DNA of 64,000 bases from an uncultured Spirochaetota bacterium (GCA_963845325.1 CAWJRT010000013.1:128614-192613), one strand, 5' to 3'; positions 49,081-59,990 are shown, counted from the first letter of the stretch. The notes: generated by a model not told the origin, from the sequence alone. Made by a program: numbers and translations.

Positions 49081-50091
49081 CTATCCGAGGTCAACGGGTT
49101 GGCTCAGTGCACGCAGCAGGAGCTTCACGACGCCCTGCACGTCCCCGTAGTCCACCATCTCGGACGGGGAGTGAACGTACCGCGTGGGGATGGAAATGCA
49201 TCCCGCCGGGACTCCCGCCCGGGAAAGCTGGATGGCGCTCGCGTCGGTTGTTCCCCGCACGAGCACCTCGCGCTGGCATGGGATGGCACCGGCTTCAGCC
49301 GTGCGCAGCAGCCAGTCCTTCACTCCGGCATGCGCGAGCATGCCCCCGTCCTTGATCTTGATGGCCGGCCCGGCTCCCAGGGACACGGCCATTGGCGCGC
49401 ACTCGGGGGTGTCGCCTGTGAGGGTGACGTCCACGGCCAGCGCAATCTCCGGCTCCACACCATAGCCCGCCGTGCCCGCGCCGCGCAGGCCCACCTCCTC
49501 CTGGACCGTAAAGACGAAATACAGGTCGTGCGGCGTGGTGCCCAGTTCCTTGATTGCCTGGAGGAGAATAGCGCACCCGATCCGATCGTCCATTGCCTTG
49601 GCCACGATGCGGTGTCCCAGGTCTTCGAAGTCCCTGTGGAAGCACGCCACGTCGCCCACCTTCACGGGGCAGTCTCCGGGTCCCGTTGCGCCGGCATCGA
49701 TGTAGAACTTCTCCATGTGCGGGACGCGGGAGGAATCCTCCAGCTTTTCCAGGCCGATCACTCCCGTGACGCCATTGGCGAACTGCACACGGCCGCCCGT
49801 CAGGGGCAGGGGAAGAACCCCGCCCACGCTGCCGAATCTCACGAACCCCTTCTGGTCGACATACGTCACAACGATCCCGATCTCGTCCATGTGCGCAGCA
49901 AGCATGATCCGCCGCCCGCCCGAGCCGGCCTTTCCGCCCGCGGCACCCGCGCGATGGACGATGAAATTGCCCATGGCATCTACACGGGTTTCAGCGCCTC
50001 GGGGGAGCTCGCGCCGGATCACCTCTCGCACGGTCCCCTCGTATCCCGACGGGCCGAAGCACTCCGTCAGGCTCCTGATCAGTTCTTTCAC
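49081..50091 (-). CDS. M42 family metallopeptidase (FrvX/CelM/glutamyl aminopeptidase-like)
   Basis: Intact 336 aa. GPSGYEG, AAHMDEIG, DDRIGCA, FTVQEEVGLRGA and VHSPSEM motifs. Confidence 0.85.
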   Translation of the reverse strand: MKELIRSLTECFGPSGYEGTVREVIRRELPRGAETRVDAMGNFIVHRAGAAGGKAGSGGRRIMLAAHMDEIGIVVTYVDQKGFVRFGSVGGVLPLPLTGGRVQFANGVTGVIGLEKLEDSSRVPHMEKFYIDAGATGPGDCPVKVGDVACFHRDFEDLGHRIVAKAMDDRIGCAILLQAIKELGTTPHDLYFVFTVQEEVGLRGAGTAGYGVEPEIALAVDVTLTGDTPECAPMAVSLGAGPAIKIKDGGMLAHAGVKDWLLRTAEAGAIPCQREVLVRGTTDASAIQLSRAGVPAGCISIPTRYVHSPSEMVDYGDVQGVVKLLLRALSQPVDLG

Positions 50092-50101
50092 ATGCTTCTC
50101 C

Positions 50102-51142
50102 TCATGGGGCGAAGACGCGGGGAAGCCGGTGCAGGGCTTCCCGTGCGAGTGCCGCCGTGTTCTCGAAATCGGCGAGGTCCATCATCGCCGCCGGCGAATG
50201 GATGTAGCGGGCAGGGACCGCAACGGTGAGGGAGGGGACACCTTCCCGGACCAGGTGGATGGCGCCGGCATCGGTGCCGCCGATGTTGGGCTGCTTGAAC
50301 TGGTGGGGAATGCCCTTCTCCCGGGCAGCGGCGCTGAACAGCTCCACCAGACGTGGATCGGCGATGAAGCTCGAGTCCCGAATGGTGATTGCGGGTCCCC
50401 CGCCCAGCCGGGTGGACGGGCTTGCGTCCCGGGTCGTGGGAACCTCGTTGGCCCCCGTGCACTCCAGGATCACGGAAGCGTCGGGCTTTTCAGCCCAGGC
50501 AGCCACCCGGGCGCCGCGCAGTCCGACCTCCTCCTGGACGGTGAAAGCGGCCACGAGATCGAACGGGAATCTCTCCCGCAGGAGCTCAGCCAGGATTGCG
50601 CAGCCGGCACGGTCGTCGAACGCTTTTCCCTGCACGATCCGTCGTTCCGATGCGGGTTCGGAAAGCGTTCGGAACTTCGAGGCGAACACGGCAACCTCGC
50701 CGCGCGGGGCCATCTTCTCCGCTTCCCCTTTGCCCGAGGCCCCGACGTCGATCGAGAGCTGGCGGCTTTCCGTCACCCGGTCCTTTTCACCCTTTTCCAG
50801 GAGGTGGACAGGCTTCACGCCGATCACGCCCGGCACCCGCTTTGCGCCGATGAGGACCACGAGCGCCGGGAGCACACGGTCATCGATACCGCCCACCTTG
50901 GCAAAGCGCAGTGTTCCGGAGTCCTCCGCGGCGGTGATCATGAGGCCCACCTCGTCCATGTGCGCGGCAACAAGGATGCGCAGCGGCGACGCCCCGGTGC
51001 CTCTTTTCAAGGCCACGAGATTTCCCATGCTGTCGATGCGGCAGGCATCCACCCGGTCCCTTATCTCTTCCAGGAGGATTGCGCGGACTTCCTCCTCGCG
51101 GCCCGAAACCCCGCACGCATCCGAGAGCTTCTGGAGCAGCAT
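50102..51142 (-). CDS. M42 family metallopeptidase
   Basis: Starts at MLLQKLSDACGVSGREEEV (ATG at 51142 within ORF 50102..51199). AAHMDEVG, DDRAGCA, FTVQEEVGLRGA, IHSPAAM. Confidence 0.85.
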   Translation of the reverse strand: MLLQKLSDACGVSGREEEVRAILLEEIRDRVDACRIDSMGNLVALKRGTGASPLRILVAAHMDEVGLMITAAEDSGTLRFAKVGGIDDRVLPALVVLIGAKRVPGVIGVKPVHLLEKGEKDRVTESRQLSIDVGASGKGEAEKMAPRGEVAVFASKFRTLSEPASERRIVQGKAFDDRAGCAILAELLRERFPFDLVAAFTVQEEVGLRGARVAAWAEKPDASVILECTGANEVPTTRDASPSTRLGGGPAITIRDSSFIADPRLVELFSAAAREKGIPHQFKQPNIGGTDAGAIHLVREGVPSLTVAVPARYIHSPAAMMDLADFENTAALAREALHRLPRVFAP

Positions 51143-51143
51143 C

Positions 51144-52233
51144 TCAGGTTCTCCCCGGCGCCAGAGCATCAGGGGTTTCCAGGGTCCCGGCAAAATCAAT
51201 CGGCAACCGACAGATGAGCTCGGCCAGGAGGCGGCCGGCCCGCTCCACGTCCCGCAGGCAGACCGTCTCTATGGGAGTGTGCATGTACTTCACCGGGATC
51301 CCCACGAGTGCGCAGGGCACCCCCGCGCGGCTGACCTGGATGCGCCACGCATCCGTGCCGCTTTCAGCCGGGGATGGGCTCCAGCTGGTGGGGGAGCTCG
51401 ATGGCCCTTGCCGCGTCGATGAGCCGCTCGGACAACCGGGGGTGAAAGTTGGGGCCCAGCGCGATGCTTGGTCCCGCGTCCATCTTGACGGCATCCACCG
51501 GAGAGAGCCCGGGCTGGATGGCAAAAGTGGCATCCAGGGCCACCGCGGCAGCAGGGGCTATGCCGTAGGCACCGGTCACGGCACCCCTGCATCCCACCTC
51601 TTCCTGCACGGTGGCGCAGGCCAGCAGGTCCCACGCGTGTGTCCGGTGCGTCAACTCCTCCAGGCAGAGAATAATGGCGGCCATCGCGGCACGATCGTCC
51701 ATGGATTTGCAGGCAACACACCCGCCCGACATCTCGGTCCACCGGGCGCGCAGAGTGACAAGGTCCCCGACGTGCACCAGCGCTGCTGCTTCATCCGGCT
51801 GCAGGGCGGCATCGATGAACAGCTTTTCAAGTGGCACGGGCTTTTCCCGGTCAGCGGGGTCGGTGAAGTGGGGCGGCACGCTGACCACCAGGCCGGGCAG
51901 CTCCCGCGTGCCGTGGACAATCACCTCCTGCCCGAGCAGGACACGCGGATCGAATCCTCCGACCTGCGTCACCCGCAGGAATCCCTTCTCCAGCTGCGTC
52001 ACCATGAGGGCCACCTCGTCCATGTGGGCAGTGAGCATCAGGGCGGGGCGCGTGCCGTCCAACGGGGCCTCCCGCGTCCCCGGGATGCGCGCGATGCAGT
52101 TGCCCAGGGGATCGACATGAACGTCGTGCGCGTGTTCGGCGAACCGCGCGTGGATGATCTTTCGTATTTCCCCCTCGTAGCCGGAGGGGCCACGCGCTTC
52201 CGTGAGCTCCCTCAGAAGGGCAGCGGTTTCCAT
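51144..52233 (-). CDS. M42 family metallopeptidase, 1 apparent frameshift
   Basis: METAALLRELTEARGPSGYEGE (ATG at 52233), TAHMDEVA, MDDRAAMA, TVQEEVGCRGA. The C-terminus (YMHTPIETV) is in ORF 51144..51533. Confidence 0.8.
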
Positions 52234-52434
52234 GGATCGAAGATACCAGCGCGGAGTGCCTTGGTAAACAGGATCGCGATTCCCCCGAGTGGAACCGGCG
52301 GCAACACTGGCGAGGAACGAGGCACACCCGATGCCAACCGCGTTGTAGATCGCCATGCCCAGGCCGCGGCGATCACCAGGAGGGACGGTGTGAACCCCCG
52401 CGTCTTCAGGTATAGCTGGAGAATGCAGCGCGCA

Positions 52435-53397
52435 TCAGCGGGGGCGCGCGAGCTCGTCGATGCGCGCGATCTCCCGCGCGGAGAGGATCACGTCCGCGGC
52501 CGCGGCGGCCTGCTCGGCCTGGGCCGGGCGCGAAGCTCCGGGGATTGCCACCACCGTCTCGTCATGGAAGTTTACTTCCCAGCTCAGTGCAACCTGGGAG
52601 ATCGCCGCACCGTGGGCACGGGCAATCGTGCGCAGCTCCTCGACAAGCGGCCGGGTGCGTTCAAGGGTTCCGCGGCCGAGCCGGTTCATCATCCGCCGCA
52701 GTCCGGATATCTTTCGCATGGATTGCGGGTCCTCGTGAAATCGTCCCGTGAGAATTCCCTGCGCAAGCGGGGACCAGGCAATGATGGTGACACCGAGTTT
52801 CTTCGCCGCTTCCAGCACCCCGTTGCGCTCGATGCTCCTGTCCAGGAGGTTGAACCTGACCTGGTTCGAAGCCAGCACGATTCCCTCCGCGGCCAGCGCG
52901 TCATGTGCCGACTGCATCTGTTTCGCGGAGAAATTGCTCACGCCAACGGACTTGATCTTCCCTGCCGCCAGGAGCTTTGCCATTTCCTTCATCTGGACGG
53001 GGATCGATGAGAAGCTCATGGGGTTGTGGACCTGGTGAAGGTCGATGGGATACCTGCCCAGGCACGATGTTCTCCGATTGATGGTCGAGGAGATCGAACG
53101 GGCTCCGCGCATGAAAGGCTGCCACTTCGTTGCGATAACCACGGTGCCGGGCTTCACGCCGAGTGATTCAAGGGCCTCTGAGAGCTTCTGCTCCGATGTG
53201 CCGTTCCCATAGGCCTCCGCGGTGTCGAACCAGTTGACGCCGCCTCGCAGCGCAGCCTCGACGACGCTCCGGATTGCCCCCGCATTCATGTTTTCCCAGA
53301 ATCCGCGGGCGATTCCGCCACCCTGGGCGAACTGCCAGCATCCCAGCCCGATCGGCGTGATTTCGATGTCGGTCCGCCCCAGTCTTCGCTTCTTCAA
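52435..53397 (-). CDS. aldo/keto reductase
   Basis: Intact 320 aa. LGRTDIEITPIGLGCWQF, DTAEAYG, HNP, and IPGASRPAQ near the C-terminus. Confidence 0.85.
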   Translation of the reverse strand: MKKRRLGRTDIEITPIGLGCWQFAQGGGIARGFWENMNAGAIRSVVEAALRGGVNWFDTAEAYGNGTSEQKLSEALESLGVKPGTVVIATKWQPFMRGARSISSTINRRTSCLGRYPIDLHQVHNPMSFSSIPVQMKEMAKLLAAGKIKSVGVSNFSAKQMQSAHDALAAEGIVLASNQVRFNLLDRSIERNGVLEAAKKLGVTIIAWSPLAQGILTGRFHEDPQSMRKISGLRRMMNRLGRGTLERTRPLVEELRTIARAHGAAISQVALSWEVNFHDETVVAIPGASRPAQAEQAAAAADVILSAREIARIDELARPR

Positions 53398-53410
53398 TCG
53401 TGTCTCCCTT

Positions 53411-54390
53411 TCAGTCCAGGATGCATGCGGAGAAGTGACCCGGAGTCACCTCGCGAAGAGGCGGACGGGCCTCCCGGCATCTCGCAATGGCGTATGGGCA
53501 GCGCGGATGGAAATGGCACCCGCCGGGCGGATTGATTGCACTGGGAATCTCGCCCTTCGGGCAGATGCTTGTCGCGTCGCGCCTTTGGATCGGGTACCGG
53601 CACCGCGGCGAGGAGTGCTTTCGTGTAGGGGTGATGCGCGCGGGTAAAGAGGGCATCACGGGACGCCAGCTCCACGATTCGTCCCAGGTACATGACCGCG
53701 ATCCGGTCGCAGAGATACTTCGCCGTGGCAAGGTCGTGCGTGATGAAGAGGTACGTGAGCCCCATGTCGTGCTTGAGCCGGCGCATGAGCTGCAGGATCA
53801 GGGCGCGCACGGAAACGTCGGCCATGGCAATGGGCTCGTCGGCGACAAGGAAGTCGGGCTGAGTCACCAGCGCGCGCGCAAGCACGACGCGCTGGCTCTG
53901 CCCGCCGGAGAGCTGGTGCGGGTACTTGCGGTAGATGAAACCGGCGGGGGACAGGCCGACCTTTTCCATGAGGTCCAGTACACGCTCCCGACGCTCGGCC
54001 GGCGTGCCGATCCCGTGGATCTGCAGGGGATGGGTGATGGCCTGGCCCACGCTCATGCGTGGGCTGAGGGAAGAGTTGGGATCCTGGAAGACGATCTGCG
54101 CCTTTGCTCGCAGGTGTCTCGAGCTCACGAGGCGAGAAGGACGTCACGTTTCTCCCCCGGTACTCCACGACGCCGGACGTCGGCTCGATGAGCCGCAGGA
54201 GAAGACGGCCCGTGGTGGACTTCCCCGAGCCGCTTTCTCCGGCCAGACCGAGGACTTCGCCCTCCGCAATGGAGAATGTCACACGGTCAACCGCATGGAC
54301 GCGTTTTCTCTGCGGGGAGAACGCATCGAAGAGAGTCCCACGGAGCGGGAACTCCTTCACCAGGTCTGCCGCGGAAACGAGGATTGCCAT
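53411..54390 (-). CDS. oligopeptide/dipeptide ABC transporter ATP-binding protein (OppF/DppF-like), 2 apparent frameshifts
   Basis: Walker A GESGSGKST (ORF 53656..54390). LSGGQSQRV and LVADEP (ORF 53394..54128). C-terminal GCHFHPRCPYA motif (ORF 53411..53731). Confidence 0.8.
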
Positions 54391-54393
54391 GCC

Positions 54394-55404
54394 TCAGCCT
54401 TCCCCGGCGTCTGCGCGCTTTTCCCGCGCATTCTTTCCGTACAGCCAGCAGGCGGCTGAATGCCCCGGGGCCTGCTCCAGCAGGGCGGGGGTTTCCTCGC
54501 GGCAGACCGCCATGACATGCGGGCAGCGCGGAGCGAACCGGCAGCCGCCCGAAGGGTCGACGAGGTCAGGCGGGCTGCCCGGCATGGTGACCAGCTCTTT
54601 CTGGTCCACGAGGATATTGGGCACGCAGTTGATGAGCCCCTGGGTGTACGGGTGCAGGGGCCGGGCGAAGATCTCCTCCGTGGGCGCGATTTCCATGATG
54701 CGGCCTGCGTACATCACCGCGATCCTGTCCGCTATTTCGGCAACCAGACCGAGGTTGTGCGTGATGAGGATGATGGAAAGCTTGTAGATGCGGCGAAGGC
54801 TCAGGAGAAGATCGGTGAATCCCGCTTCGACGATGACGTCCAGCGATGTCGTGGGCTCATCGGCAATGAGGATATCCGGGTTCATGATGAGGGCAAGCCC
54901 GATCATGATCCTCTGCCGCATGCCCCCGGAAAGCTGGTGAGGGTATTCCTTGAGGCGCTTTCCCTCGATGCCGAGGGTCTCCAGCATCTTCTCCACGGCC
55001 GCGAGGGCTTTCTCCCGCTTCATCGAGGCATCATGGAAATGGATCGTCTCCAGGAAATGATGCTCAACGGTGAACAGGGGATTCAGGGACGTGAGCGGGT
55101 TCTGGAAAATCATGGAGATGCTCTGGCCGCGCATTTTCAGCAGTGCCCTGTCATTCATTGCGAGGATGTCCGTGCCCCGGTACATGATCTTCCCGCCGGT
55201 CACCCGTCCGGGCGGACGCTGGAGCTTGAGGATGGAAAGTCCCAGCGTGGACTTCCCGCACCCCGATTCTCCGACCAGTCCGAGGGCCTCGCCGTCGTCC
55301 AGCGTGAAGGACACGCCCTCCACGGCGCGCACGACGCCGATCGAGATAGGGTAAGCTATCGACAGGTCCTGCACATCGAGGATCCTCTTTTCCGTGGACG
55401 GCAT
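54394..55404 (-). CDS. oligopeptide/dipeptide ABC transporter ATP-binding protein (OppD/DppD-like)
   Basis: Intact 336 aa. GESGCGKST, LSGGMRQR, LIADEPTTSLD, and C-terminal GCRFAPRCPH. Confidence 0.85.
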   Translation of the reverse strand: MPSTEKRILDVQDLSIAYPISIGVVRAVEGVSFTLDDGEALGLVGESGCGKSTLGLSILKLQRPPGRVTGGKIMYRGTDILAMNDRALLKMRGQSISMIFQNPLTSLNPLFTVEHHFLETIHFHDASMKREKALAAVEKMLETLGIEGKRLKEYPHQLSGGMRQRIMIGLALIMNPDILIADEPTTSLDVIVEAGFTDLLLSLRRIYKLSIILITHNLGLVAEIADRIAVMYAGRIMEIAPTEEIFARPLHPYTQGLINCVPNILVDQKELVTMPGSPPDLVDPSGGCRFAPRCPHVMAVCREETPALLEQAPGHSAACWLYGKNAREKRADAGEG

Positions 55405-55405
55405 G

Positions 55406-56302
55406 CTATCGCTCCAGGAGCCGGGGATTCAGGATTTCAGCAAGGCCTTCCCCCAGCATGGTGAAGCCCAGCGCAAGAAGCATGATCATCAGGCCCGGGA
55501 AGGTGATCATCCACCAGACGCCCGAGGGGAGGAATTTCTTTCCCATGGAGAGATCCATTCCCCAGTCAGGAATACCCGCGGGGAGGCCCAGGCCGATGTA
55601 CGAGAGGGCCGCCTCGGTCATGATCGCGTCCGCAATATTCAGTGAGAGCACGACCACGACGGTAGCGATGACGTTCGGAAACACGTAGCGGCCGAGAATC
55701 GTGCCCCTCCGCGCCCCGATTGCGCGCGCGGCCTCGACGTAGACTTCCTCCTTGATGGAGAGGGTCTGCCCGCGCACAAGGCGAAAGTACGTGGGAATGT
55801 AGACCACCGCGACGGCGAGGGTGATGTTGATCACCCCCGGACCGAGCATCGCCGCAAAAGCGATGGCGAGGATCAGGCCCGGGAAGGAATACACCGAGTC
55901 CATGATGAGCGAAAGGATGCGGTCGAACACTCCTCCGGCGAATCCCGACAGGAGTCCCAGCGGGATCCCGATGATCGCGGACAGGAGGGCCGCGGCGATG
56001 GCCACGCCGAGGATGGTCCGCGCGCCGTAGACCACCCGCGCCCAGACGTCCCTGCTGAGGTTGTCGGTGCCCATGATGTGCTGCGCGCCTGGCGCCGTCA
56101 TTTGCCCGCCGGCGTTCTGGTCATTCGGGTCGAACCGGGCGAAAAGGTGGGGAAAGACGGTCATGGTGAGAATCAGGACGATGATGAGCACACCGGCGAT
56201 CATGATCCACCACTCGGTGCGGTACTTCCGGCGCGAGCGCCCGAACCACCGCAGGGCGGAGGCCAGGCCTCCGGCAATCGAGAAGCGGGCCGCCGTGCTC
56301 AC
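55406..56302 (-). CDS. peptide ABC transporter permease (OppC/DppC-like)
   Basis: Intact 298 aa. N-terminal OppC-type extension and a BPD_transp_1 core (YVEAARAIGARRGTILGRYVFPN). Confidence 0.85.
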   Translation of the reverse strand: MSTAARFSIAGGLASALRWFGRSRRKYRTEWWIMIAGVLIIVLILTMTVFPHLFARFDPNDQNAGGQMTAPGAQHIMGTDNLSRDVWARVVYGARTILGVAIAAALLSAIIGIPLGLLSGFAGGVFDRILSLIMDSVYSFPGLILAIAFAAMLGPGVINITLAVAVVYIPTYFRLVRGQTLSIKEEVYVEAARAIGARRGTILGRYVFPNVIATVVVVLSLNIADAIMTEAALSYIGLGLPAGIPDWGMDLSMGKKFLPSGVWWMITFPGLMIMLLALGFTMLGEGLAEILNPRLLER

Positions 56303-57318
56303 TAGTATTTTACCCGCGGGTCGATTGCCGCATACAACAGGTCCACGAGGAGCGACATGGCGCTCACGATGAGGGTGTACACGACGATGACTCCCTGGAT
56401 CGTCGGGTAGTCGCGGAGATAAATTCTTTCCAGGAGAAGCCGACCCATGCCCGGCCAGGAGAAGGTGCTCTCCGTGAGGATTGCCCCGGCCAGAAGGAGA
56501 CTGAACTGCAGGCCGAGCATCGTCACAATGGGAATGAGCGCGTTCCTCAGGCCGTGATTGTACACCACCCGCCTCTCAGGAATGCCGCGTGCCCGGGCCG
56601 CCAGAATGTAGTCGCTCTTCAGGACGTCCAGCATGTTCGCGCGTGTCAGGCGGACAAAGATCCCCGAGAGCACGATCCCCAGAGTGAACGCCGGGAGCAC
56701 GAGGTGCCACATCACATCGCCGAACGCCCCGACGTTGCCCAGCCGCAGGGTGTCGATGATGTAGAATCCGGTTCTCGAGAACGAGGACACTTCCAGGCGG
56801 GGGCTGGTGCGGCCTGAAATCGGGAACCATCCCAGGAAGATGCCGAAGATGAGCTGGAGGAGGAGTCCCATCCAGAAGACGGGGATGCAGTACACCACGT
56901 TTGCGTACAGGCGGATGCCGAAGTCGCCGCCGGATCTGCGGCGCCGGGCAGCGGCAGCCCCCAGGGGAATCCCGAGCCCGAGGCTGACCAGAAGACCGAA
57001 CAGGGTCAGCTCGATGGTGGCCGGCAGCTTTTCGATGATCGGCTGGCTCACCTTCTGCTTGAAGATCATCGAGTCGCCGAGGTCGAGCTGCACCAGTTTC
57101 CCGAGGTAATCCATGTACTGCGCTGCGATGGGCTTGTTCAGCCCGAGTTCCTTTTTCTTCTGCTCGATCACCCGCAACGGGGCGCGGTCCCCAAGCATTG
57201 CGCTCACCGGGTCTCCGGGCATAACGCGCAGAACGACGAACACGATGGTCAGCATGATGAACACCATGGGGATGGCCAGGAGAACGCGGGTGAGAATGTA
57301 GCTTGCCAGGTGTCTCAT
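56302..57318 (-). CDS. peptide ABC transporter permease (OppB/DppB-like)
   Basis: Intact 338 aa. MRHLASYILTRVLLAIPMVFIMLTIVFVVLRVMPGDP is the typical OppB N-terminus. YILAARARGIPERRVVYNHGLRNA. Confidence 0.85.
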   Translation of the reverse strand: MRHLASYILTRVLLAIPMVFIMLTIVFVVLRVMPGDPVSAMLGDRAPLRVIEQKKKELGLNKPIAAQYMDYLGKLVQLDLGDSMIFKQKVSQPIIEKLPATIELTLFGLLVSLGLGIPLGAAAARRRRSGGDFGIRLYANVVYCIPVFWMGLLLQLIFGIFLGWFPISGRTSPRLEVSSFSRTGFYIIDTLRLGNVGAFGDVMWHLVLPAFTLGIVLSGIFVRLTRANMLDVLKSDYILAARARGIPERRVVYNHGLRNALIPIVTMLGLQFSLLLAGAILTESTFSWPGMGRLLLERIYLRDYPTIQGVIVVYTLIVSAMSLLVDLLYAAIDPRVKY

Positions 57319-57393
57319 CGGGGAAAGGAAAGACCCGGCCCCCCTGCGTCGTCCCGCGCCGCAGGGGAATCCGGATGAGCGATTTCCAGCTCC

Positions 57394-58947
57394 TTACTTG
57401 CTGAGCTTGAGCTGATCGTAGTTGAAGATCAACGTCGGCCCGATCTTCACGCCGGACACGTTTTTCTTCGAAAACACGTAGAGGTTGCCCTGGTAGATGG
57501 GCAGCGTCATGACCTCGTCCGTCCACATCTTCTGCATCTTCGCAAAAGTGGAGTTGCGAACGGCATCCTTGGTGGTCTGCTGCTCCTGGATGAACAGGTC
57601 ATCCCATGACTTGTTCGTGAAGTAGATGCCCATGCCCTTCGAGCCTTCCGTCTGGGCGAAGGGAGAAGTGTAGTCGTCCGGATCGATGTAGTCGGGGTAC
57701 CAGCCGAGGAGGAAAGCAGGCATCTGCTTGTTGTTCCACTGCTGCTTGTACGTGGCCCACTCGGCGGACTTGATGGCAACGCGGACCAGCGGGGTCTTTT
57801 CAAGGTCGGCCTTCAGGACTTCCGCCATGTTCACTTCCGGGTCCCCGTAGTGGCTCGGCGTATACCACAGGTCAAAAGTGAAAGGCTTGTCCTTCGTGTA
57901 CCCCAGCCCCTTGAGGATCTTCTCTGCCGCGGCGATGTTGCCGTCTCCCCACGCGGTCTTGAAGTCGTCCGTGTGGTAGCTCATGCCCATGGGAATCATG
58001 GAGTACAAGGGCGCGTTCTGACCGAGGTATACCTTCTGGTTGATGTTCGGCCTGTTGACCAGGGCCGCGACTGCCTGGCGGAGCGCCTTGTTGGTGAACA
58101 CGCTCTCCGAAGTCTCGAAGCACAGGTAGCGTATCTGCGGCCCGGGGACCTTCACCGCGTTGTACTTCCCGCTCTTCACCAGGTCGGCGATGTCCGAGGG
58201 GTTCATTGACTTGAACGTCAGGTCGACCTCGCCCTTTTCCAGGGCAAGGCGCATGGTGGTAGCATCCGCGAAGTAGCGAATGATGATCTTCTTGACCGCC
58301 GGCGCCGCGCTCCAGTAATTGGGATTTGCCTCGAAGACCGCTTCCTCGTCCCGTTTGAAGGAGGTGAGGCGGTACGGCCCGAGGGCAACGATCTCCCCGC
58401 CGTTGAGCTCACCGACGTCCTTCACGATCTTGTCTACCGGATAAACGCTGGGGTCCATCGGGAAGTAGGTCGGGGTGGCGACGAGTGCCGGGAGGTACGA
58501 TACGGGTCCGTTCAGCACGAACTTCACCGTGTAGTCGTCAACGATGTCGACGGACTTCACGTACTGGGTGACGAGGGCGGCCGGGTCGCCGTTGAGCTTT
58601 GCGACCCTGTCGATGCTCCACTTCACCGCTGCGGCGGTGAACGGGGTGCCGTTGGAGAACTTCACTCCCTTGCGGAGCTTGAACGTGTACTCATCGCCTG
58701 CCGCGTTGATGGTGTAGCCGGTAGCCAGCGCGGGAACGAGGTTGGTAGTGCCCGGTGTATACGCCAGGAGGCCCGAGCTGACGTTCTGGAAGATCTCCCA
58801 GGTGTGGAAGTCATATGCGCTGGCCGGATCCATGTCGGTGACTTTGTCCGTGGTTCCGTACACGAGAGTGCTCTGCGCCCAGGCGCTGGAAACCGCCAGA
58901 GCGAATCCAAGTACGAGCAAAAGTACGAGAATCTTCTTCATACTCAC
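57394..58947 (-). CDS. ABC transporter substrate-binding protein, family 5 (peptide/nickel)
   Basis: Intact 517 aa with signal peptide MSMKKILVLLLVLGFALAVSSAWA and SBP_bac_5-like sequence. Confidence 0.85.
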   Translation of the reverse strand: MSMKKILVLLLVLGFALAVSSAWAQSTLVYGTTDKVTDMDPASAYDFHTWEIFQNVSSGLLAYTPGTTNLVPALATGYTINAAGDEYTFKLRKGVKFSNGTPFTAAAVKWSIDRVAKLNGDPAALVTQYVKSVDIVDDYTVKFVLNGPVSYLPALVATPTYFPMDPSVYPVDKIVKDVGELNGGEIVALGPYRLTSFKRDEEAVFEANPNYWSAAPAVKKIIIRYFADATTMRLALEKGEVDLTFKSMNPSDIADLVKSGKYNAVKVPGPQIRYLCFETSESVFTNKALRQAVAALVNRPNINQKVYLGQNAPLYSMIPMGMSYHTDDFKTAWGDGNIAAAEKILKGLGYTKDKPFTFDLWYTPSHYGDPEVNMAEVLKADLEKTPLVRVAIKSAEWATYKQQWNNKQMPAFLLGWYPDYIDPDDYTSPFAQTEGSKGMGIYFTNKSWDDLFIQEQQTTKDAVRNSTFAKMQKMWTDEVMTLPIYQGNLYVFSKKNVSGVKIGPTLIFNYDQLKLSK

Positions 58948-59012
58948 TCCTTTTTTCCGATTGATCCATCAAGGATATGACCCGTTCTGGGGGGTGTCAA
59001 GGGAGAGGTGAT

Positions 59013-59041
59013 CCAGGCAGCCAAAAAATGGCTCCCACGCG
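59013..59041 (-). terminator. rho-independent terminator downstream of the ferritin gene
   Basis: Reverse strand reads GGCTCCC-GCCCGCGT-GGGAGCC followed by ATTTTTT. This is a 7-bp GC stem with a T6 tract. Confidence 0.65.
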
Positions 59042-59068
59042 GGCGGGAGCCCGGCTTTCTGACGTTTT

Positions 59069-59554
59069 CTACTCGCGTTTGCCCAGCTGGTGGTCAAGCT
59101 GGAATATGCCGGCGGAGTTGGGCGGAATTCTTTTCAGCAGGTCGAGGATCCGGGAAGCATTCTTCTCCTCCTCCACCTGCTCGGTGATGAACCATTGGAT
59201 GAAGACTTTCGTGGGATGGTCGTTCGACTTGTCCGCCTGGTCGGCGATGCCGTTGATGAGGGCCGTGACCTTTCTTTCATGTTCGAGGCTTTTCTCGAAG
59301 ACGTCCACGGGGGACGCGAAATCCACCGGTGGCTGCGCAATGGCCTGCAGCACCACCTTGACCCCCCGGTCGATGAGGAAATCGAACATCTTTTTCCCGT
59401 GCACCTGCTCCTCCCCGGCCTGCTTGTGCATCCACGCGGCAAAGCCCTCGAGGTTGGTTGACTCGAAGTATGCGGCCATCGACAGGTACAGGTACGCCGA
59501 GTACCATTCGTTCTTGATCTGGTCCTGGATCAGTTTTTCAAGCTGCTTGTCCAT
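59069..59554 (-). CDS. ferritin (non-haem, Ftn-type)
   Basis: Starts at MDKQLEKLIQDQIKNEWYSAYLYLSMAAYF (ATG at 59554 in ORF 59069..59686). Ferroxidase-centre residues occur in E...EEQVHGKK...QWFITEQVEEE. Confidence 0.85.
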   Translation of the reverse strand: MDKQLEKLIQDQIKNEWYSAYLYLSMAAYFESTNLEGFAAWMHKQAGEEQVHGKKMFDFLIDRGVKVVLQAIAQPPVDFASPVDVFEKSLEHERKVTALINGIADQADKSNDHPTKVFIQWFITEQVEEEKNASRILDLLKRIPPNSAGIFQLDHQLGKRE

Positions 59555-59567
59555 GTCTCTTCCTTTC

Positions 59568-59969
59568 TCATCCAAGTCCCAGGATTTTCGAGCTTCCCCA
59601 CAATCCGTGGATATTACAGTAGGAGGATGCCATGATGACCCCGGGCTTTTCCGTCTTGAATGTACACAGCACTGTCGGGGACGCATAGACCGTGCTGGTG
59701 TCAGGACCGTCCGGCGATTCTCCGTGGGCGCTGAACTCGCACCGTGTCACCTGGAAAGGAAATTTCGATCCCTCGGGCTGGAAGTAGACCTCGATCCAAC
59801 GGATGTGGTGCGGCGTCGTGTTCGGGTGCGCAATTTCCCTGCCGACGCTCACCGTTACCTGCACGGCATCGCCCTTTTTCACCGTGTCGGGCGCCTCGAT
59901 CACCGGAACGTGCTTTTCCTTCTTCCAATCCGCCGACTGGTACAGATCCTTGATTTCCGCCATTTTCAA
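59568..59969 (-). CDS. superoxide reductase (neelaredoxin / class II desulfoferrodoxin family)
   Basis: KKEKHVPVIE, HPNTTPHHIRWIEVY and YCNIHGLW (His4Cys centre II ligands). There is no N-terminal desulforedoxin domain. Confidence 0.85.
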   Translation of the reverse strand: MKMAEIKDLYQSADWKKEKHVPVIEAPDTVKKGDAVQVTVSVGREIAHPNTTPHHIRWIEVYFQPEGSKFPFQVTRCEFSAHGESPDGPDTSTVYASPTVLCTFKTEKPGVIMASSYCNIHGLWGSSKILGLG

Positions 59970-59990
59970 TCTCCTTTCCGATTCGGGGCT

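Noticed and set aside
49081-52233. Three consecutive M42 peptidase genes as an unusual amplification
   Set aside because: The three proteins are clearly diverged paralogues. I judged a cluster of diverged M42 paralogues to be an ordinary gene family arrangement rather than a recent amplification or a novel system.
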